Positions 38,291 to 43,183 of a stretch of DNA of 43,183 bases are shown in pieces. Below the pieces are notes generated by a model. It saw only the letters and a program-made list of their open reading frames with translations, had not been told where the DNA came from and ran no database searches. The translations under genes were made by a program, and so were the position numbers. Within the stretch, counting starts at the first letter, position 1. Every line of letters starts with the position of its first letter. The stretch comes from Schmidtea polychroa (lineage: Eukaryota), in the NCBI GenBank assembly GCA_044892525.1, contig CM097886.1:147270818-147314000 (forward strand), in the 5' to 3' direction.

Positions 38291-38812
38291 TTACAAAGCT
38301 AAAAATCTTCTGTTGTATGTTGTGATAATTTCATTTACTATACTATACAAGACGTTTACTTTTTTAATTAACTTAAAAGTTTCTTGATTGTGAATCTTTT
38401 CCAATCTTGATAATTTTCTAATTTCATCATCTTTTGATTTTAATTTTTTTATTGCTTCATTCAATTCATTAATTTGTTGGTTTATACGAGTATTAATTTG
38501 AATATTAATTTCATCAATACGTGTTCTACTTTCTTTAAGCATTCTATCATATTGTTTTTCAAGTCTATTCATTGTTGTAATATTTTTAATACTTTGTTCT
38601 TCAACAACCCCATCAACATATTTTTTATTAACTACATCATCTTGTGCAATCGGAAATGAAAGATTTGAAATTACATTATTATTCATGCTTAATTCTCCCC
38701 TCATTCTATCACTTAATTCATTAAGAAATTTACTTTCAACTTGTTCCATAATTTCAGAAGTATCCACTGCAAGGGTTTCTCCAAAATAATCATTAGGAAT
38801 TATTTGTCTCAT
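38291..38812 (-). CDS. Polinton-associated coiled-coil protein with an M.G.L.M..N.I.NL..P...D..NK.YVD motif
   Basis: MRGELSMNNNVISNLSFPIAQDDVVNKKYVD followed by a heptad-like region. Confidence 0.55.
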   Translation of the reverse strand: MRQIIPNDYFGETLAVDTSEIMEQVESKFLNELSDRMRGELSMNNNVISNLSFPIAQDDVVNKKYVDGVVEEQSIKNITTMNRLEKQYDRMLKESRTRIDEINIQINTRINQQINELNEAIKKLKSKDDEIRKLSRLEKIHNQETFKLIKKVNVLYSIVNEIITTYNRRFLAL

Positions 38813-38839
38813 TTTTTAAAGTTTAATATTAGATGTGAG

Positions 38840-39245
38840 ATTTATAATTATAGATTTGATATCTTGTCTTTGTTCCAAAAAAACACAAAGTTAACCAAGC
38901 CACTTTGGTTATTTTGGTATTTTCTCGTTGAATTTGCCAAGTATTGTAAATGTATCCATCAGTGAGATATACTTTCATTTCTTGGATTTAAATGATTCCA
39001 TAACAATCAAAATAAATTTTGAATTTTTTAGAAGCTAAAACCCAATGACATCTCTTTTCTTTAGTTTTTTGTAAATTAAAAATAATTTTATCTACATGTA
39101 AATAATTTGAAATTTCATCTCTCATTACTACTTGCGCTTTTAAATTCAAATCCTTTAGTATGTCTCGTAAATAAAAGTTTTTTGTAGTATCTCGACCATA
39201 TACATCTAGAAACTTGTCTAGAAATTCATCTAGAGATATATTCAT
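38840..39245 (-). pseudogene. Polinton adenain-like maturation cysteine protease, disrupted
   Basis: IIFNLQKTKEKRCHWVLA...IYFDCYG matches the IN.....G.HWV....YFDSFG motif; downstream YNTWQIQ remnant after a stop. Confidence 0.75.
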
Positions 39246-39349
39246 TTTTATGATATGAATTATAATTGATTTAATTATTTTAAATCCTTAAATCACCCTA
39301 ATCATTTCGGGTTTCACTGTCGGACAGTTTGGATTTCATGTCCTCCTAT

Positions 39350-40070
39350 ACCTGTCGTAAATGCAAACAAAAACTAATCTTTTCATTATTGAAATTAATC
39401 AACCTATTATCTTGATCAACAATACTGAAATTAATAGTTGAAATATATTTTGTGAGCATTGATAAATATAATAGAAAATATAATATATGGAAAACTATAG
39501 AAACAATTATCTCGCTTTCCATCTTGATATGTTCCTTGTATTAGATCACATGTTAAATTTATTAATGTAATTTTTGAAATTTCTACAATTTTTTCAGCAA
39601 TTCTTGGTTCATTTCCATTTGGACCATCATATTTTTTTTCTGTAATTCCTAAAAACTCCAAATTTATTATTTTCAGGAAAATAAATAGAATATCATTGTT
39701 TGATTATCATGTGTAATTTTCCTGTTGGTAAATCAGTTTTGAAAAACACCACATCTTGTTCAGTGAATTTTTTTTTAAGCATGTCCGTTATCAATTTGAG
39801 TAAATCCTTAAATTCATATGCTCCAGGTGGAATTGACATTAGAATATATCTTTCCACTTCACTATTTGGAACACTCGGATTTTTTTGAAACCCAAACTCG
39901 TTGTTGTTATTTGTAATATTAAAAAAACTCCTGAATGATGAGAACTACACTAGACCAATTTCATAATTGTAATCTTTATTCAATTCAAGAGGTCTTGGAA
40001 AATCACCTGTAAATTGCGGAGTTGTAGAATTGAAACGTAAATATGTTGAATATTTTCTACTTAATAAATT
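39350..40070 (-). pseudogene. Polinton minor capsid (penton-like) protein, with stops and frameshifts
   Basis: FPRPLELNKDYNYEIGLV, FFNITNNNNEF, IPPGAYEFKDL, INLTCDLIQGTYQDG..FYSF, INFSIVDQDNRLINFNNEKISFCLHL. Confidence 0.75.
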
Positions 40071-40691
40071 TATTATTTTTTCTAATTGAGAGTTTTCGAT
40101 TTTTAAGTTGTAAATTTCATTGACATGAATAAATAAAAAGAAATTAATTAATTAATTTGTGGATTGATTGGGAGGACTCTGTTCGACGGTTGGAGGTGGT
40201 TGATTTGGGGGAATAACTAAAAAATATCAGCATCAAACATACGATAAATATCATGTTTATTAGCATGTATTAATTAAGTCATTACTCGGATATATAGTCG
40301 GGTTGCTGCAATTAAAGTCTATCCAACTACAATTGGATATTTTTCATTTTCATTTTCTGATTCATCTTAGTCTTGTTCATGTATATTTTCTTGTATATAT
40401 TGTATATTTTCATCTTCAATTTCCATAAATTTAAAAACTTTGTTTTTTATTGTTGAAAAAAAATCAGACATTTTAAAAATGACGTATTTGGATTATTTGT
40501 ATTATTTATTATTATTATTTATGCTATATTATATTAATCATCTTTTCAGTACCTATTTCAATACTAGTTTGCTTTTCCACTAAAATTCAACAAAAACATT
40601 TTCCTTTGAAACCATCATCTTTTGTTATTTCTATTGTTACACTTACTCCATTCTCGGCTAATTTTTCATCTTGTTCGCTGACAACACAAAT

Positions 40692-40832
40692 ATGGAATAC
40701 AAATTAATAAAATCAATCATGTTTAATTGTGGATCGACCCTTTTGAATATCCATCGAGAAAATCCCCCATCTACAGATGAAGTAATCAATGAATTTATCA
40801 AACAGAAAAGGCGTTTGGACTTCGCATTATAG
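40692..40832 (+). pseudogene. hAT transposase extreme C-terminus (THAP12/ZMYM1-like clade)
   Basis: LLNIHRENPPSTDEVINEFIKQKRRLDFAL* matches the L.IHR....D.VI..F....RRL.F.L ending. Confidence 0.65.
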
Positions 40833-41296
40833 CCTAAATTGTTGTTTGGTGATGAAGCCTAAAATAAAATGACAATAGACGATAGTAATTATTAGGCTTA
40901 TAACTCTCTTCTCTTCTTTGCACTGTGACTATTGACTTTTGTTCACTTGAAAGTTGAAAGTCTTTAATAAATTTGAAATTTTTAATTTTATTGGAATCTT
41001 CATTTTCCATTTGTCATAAAAATAATAACATTTAATATTTATTTTTTTTTAACAATTTAACCCTTTCAATACTGTAAGGACATATTGTCAGAGAATTTTA
41101 TAGTCTGCCTGTCTGCTTTTTTTTCTTTTCTATAAAACTTTGTCAGTCTAGATGTTGCTTATAAACAGTAGACACGTGCTATAAATATTACATGAATTAT
41201 TAAAATAAAAAAATCGTATTGAAAAGGATAAACCATTTTGACCATAATATTAATAAATATTTCTCAACATCAACACCCTCCCCTCCCTTTCATAAA

Positions 41297-41463
41297 NNNN
41301 NNNNNNNNNNNNNNNNNNNNNNNNNNNNNNNNNNNNNNNNNNNNNNNNNNNNNNNNNNNNNNNNNNNNNNNNNNNNNNNNNNNNNNNNNNNNNNNNNNNN
41401 NNNNNNNNNNNNNNNNNNNNNNNNNNNNNNNNNNNNNNNNNNNNNNNNNNNNNNNNNNNNNNN
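41297..41463. other. Assembly gap (167 N)
   Basis: Run of N; ORFs crossing it are artefacts. Confidence 1.
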
Positions 41464-41904
41464 ATATCCGTTTCCCTTATATATTTTCAGTTTACTTATA
41501 TCTACATTGATTTTTGTCGTAGCACATAATAGATGAATTTCGATCGAAATGTGAAGATAATGCCTGGCATACAAACCCGAATATCTTTACAATTGTTATG
41601 TTAAATTTCGCAAATTATTATAATTCGATAGTTGATTACAAATTGAAATGTTTTACTTAAAATTTTTTAAAGATTCTAAATGATAAAATTTGTTATTGCT
41701 AACTATGTGAGGCCGCTGTTAGGACAGCTCTAATTTAAAGCACAACTTATTTTGCCAATTATTTTCGGACCAGTTACTTTTATTTATATTATTATATTTC
41801 AATCATTCGTTAATTAACCCAATAATTAATCACTCAAAATAATGGAAACAATTAGATATCAAAACTTCATAATTATTTTTTATTTTAAATTCATAAGCTT
41901 GCAT

Positions 41905-42295
41905 AGTAGTGAGAAGTGAGGAGTATAAACCAAGCCAAATATACAGTATTGCGTAATATTTATATGGGTACCCTAGGGGGGGGTGGTATGGTGTTGCATA
42001 ATTTTTTTTGAAAAGTTACGTACTCATATATGGAGGGACGTAATTATATTTTTGATTACGTAATAATCGGTTTTTAATTTACGCCATAATTGACCCCTGT
42101 TATATAAGAATTGACCTTTGACCTCTTACATAATTATTAACCTTTAACCACTTACATAATAATTGACCTTTGACATCTTACATAATAATTATACTTCATT
42201 AGAGAAGTAGGAGTATAAACCAAGGCAAATATACAGTATTACATAATATTTGTATGGGTTCCTTAGGGGGTGGTATGGTGTTACATAATTTTGTA
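41905..42295 (+). repeat. Direct repeat of about 95 bp flanking an array of TTGACCTTT motifs; possible Polinton-like terminus
   Basis: GAGAAGT(G)AGGAGTATAAACCAAG...GGGGTGGTATGGTGTT at 41911 and 42202; the first copy is preceded by AGTAGT (41905). Confidence 0.6.
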
Positions 42296-42415
42296 AAATT
42301 TTATTATAGATATATATTTATTGAATTATAAATTAATAAGAAAAAGTCATACATACATTTTTGAACCCGAGTACTATAATGATGATAAACACGGTTATAA
42401 TTCACACACAGATAA

Positions 42416-42439
42416 TATAATAATATTAATAATAATAAC

Positions 42440-42476
<37 letters not shown>
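42416..42476. repeat. (ATA)n microsatellite
   Basis: Direct reading of the sequence. Confidence 0.95.
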
Positions 42477-42479
<3 letters not shown>

Positions 42480-42599
42480 CCTTTTAATAACCAAATTGTT
42501 CACAACAATAAAAACTTTGACTATTTCACAATAAATTTACAATAACAACGTAAAATGCAAATGATATTGATAAAATATTTAAAAATTATATAAAACATT

Positions 42600-42950
42600 T
42601 TATTTCAAGTTAAATACATCTGTGTAGTATGCTTTACGCATTTCAGCTAATAAGAGATGGACTGATTGATCCCTTTTAAAGTCATGACAGCATGGACACC
42701 CATTGGGGCATGACAATCTCATAGAATCTTTGCAAACAATGCAATTTTCAATGCATCTAGTGTCAGACCTTAGAACCATATCGTATTGCAACTCTAAAAG
42801 TTGTTCTATATTAATACCTGTTAAACGAAATATTTTATTTATAAGTAACTCTGGTGCACAATAATCTATGGTATTTCTTATTCCTGGGTATAATTCTTGA
42901 AACTTCTTTAAAATTACTTCAAATAAGTAAACTAGATATAAAGATTATTA
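42600..42950 (-). pseudogene. Cys-rich unknown ORF remnant
   Basis: CIENCIVCKDSMRLSCPNGCPCCHDF with open coding-like sequence upstream; no family recognised. Confidence 0.3.
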
Positions 42951-43183
42951 ATTATAAATAAAAATATATTCTTTACCTTTTGACATTTTTTCTAACTACT
43001 AAAAACAAAATCAATACAAACAAAATTAATTAATTAATTAACATTTTAATTTCTGAGATAATGTTCTCTACATAGTGATTATAGTCTAGAGTTTTTATTC
43101 CAAGTAATACAACCTTCCCGCTTGAAAATACATTAACACAAACTGGATTATACTTTTGAAGACGTAAGGTAGGAAATATTTCC

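Larger units (their letters stand above)
37150..40100 (-). mobile_element. Polinton/Maverick (adintovirus-like) fragment, degraded
   Basis: Co-oriented minus-strand remnants: minor capsid, cysteine protease, a coiled-coil ORF, and small unknown or hydrophobic ORFs (37817-38068, 37446-37691, about 37200-37380). Confidence 0.75.

Noticed and set aside
41219-41574. Three ORFs spanning the N run
   Set aside because: Artefacts of the assembly gap.

Overview
Strongly AT-rich eukaryotic (probably invertebrate) genomic DNA with short GT-AG introns (about 46-79 nt) and one assembly gap (41297-41463). The only convincing intact host gene is a 7-exon DBF4/ASK-type Cdc7 regulator (1883-7214, +, 1090 aa). 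It has recognisable N/BRCT, M and C zinc-finger motifs plus a long acidic, internally repeated tail. The rest is a dense mosaic of transposon remnants: Ty3/Gypsy gag, pol and LTR pieces, hAT elements (one full-length Buster-type copy with a perfect 8-bp TSD), a Tc1/IS630-like element nested in a pogo/Tigger transposase, a MULE/SWIM derivative, piggyBac-like MITEs, and Polinton/Maverick fragments (minor capsid, cysteine protease, pPolB-associated ORF). The most striking item is a 1687-bp non-autonomous element at 32093-33779. It has TG...CA ends, a 5-bp TSD (GTAGT) and roughly 250-bp TIRs that each carry two stem-loops. Its interior is captured host cargo: a proteasome alpha-6 fragment and a polyubiquitin fragment joined in one ORF. 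A second remnant with the same subterminal stem-loops (21284-21971) carries an RNF115/126-like E3 fragment, and the retroelement-like ORF chain into which the first element inserted encodes ubiquitin-like domains. All homology calls are by motif recognition only; no database search was run.
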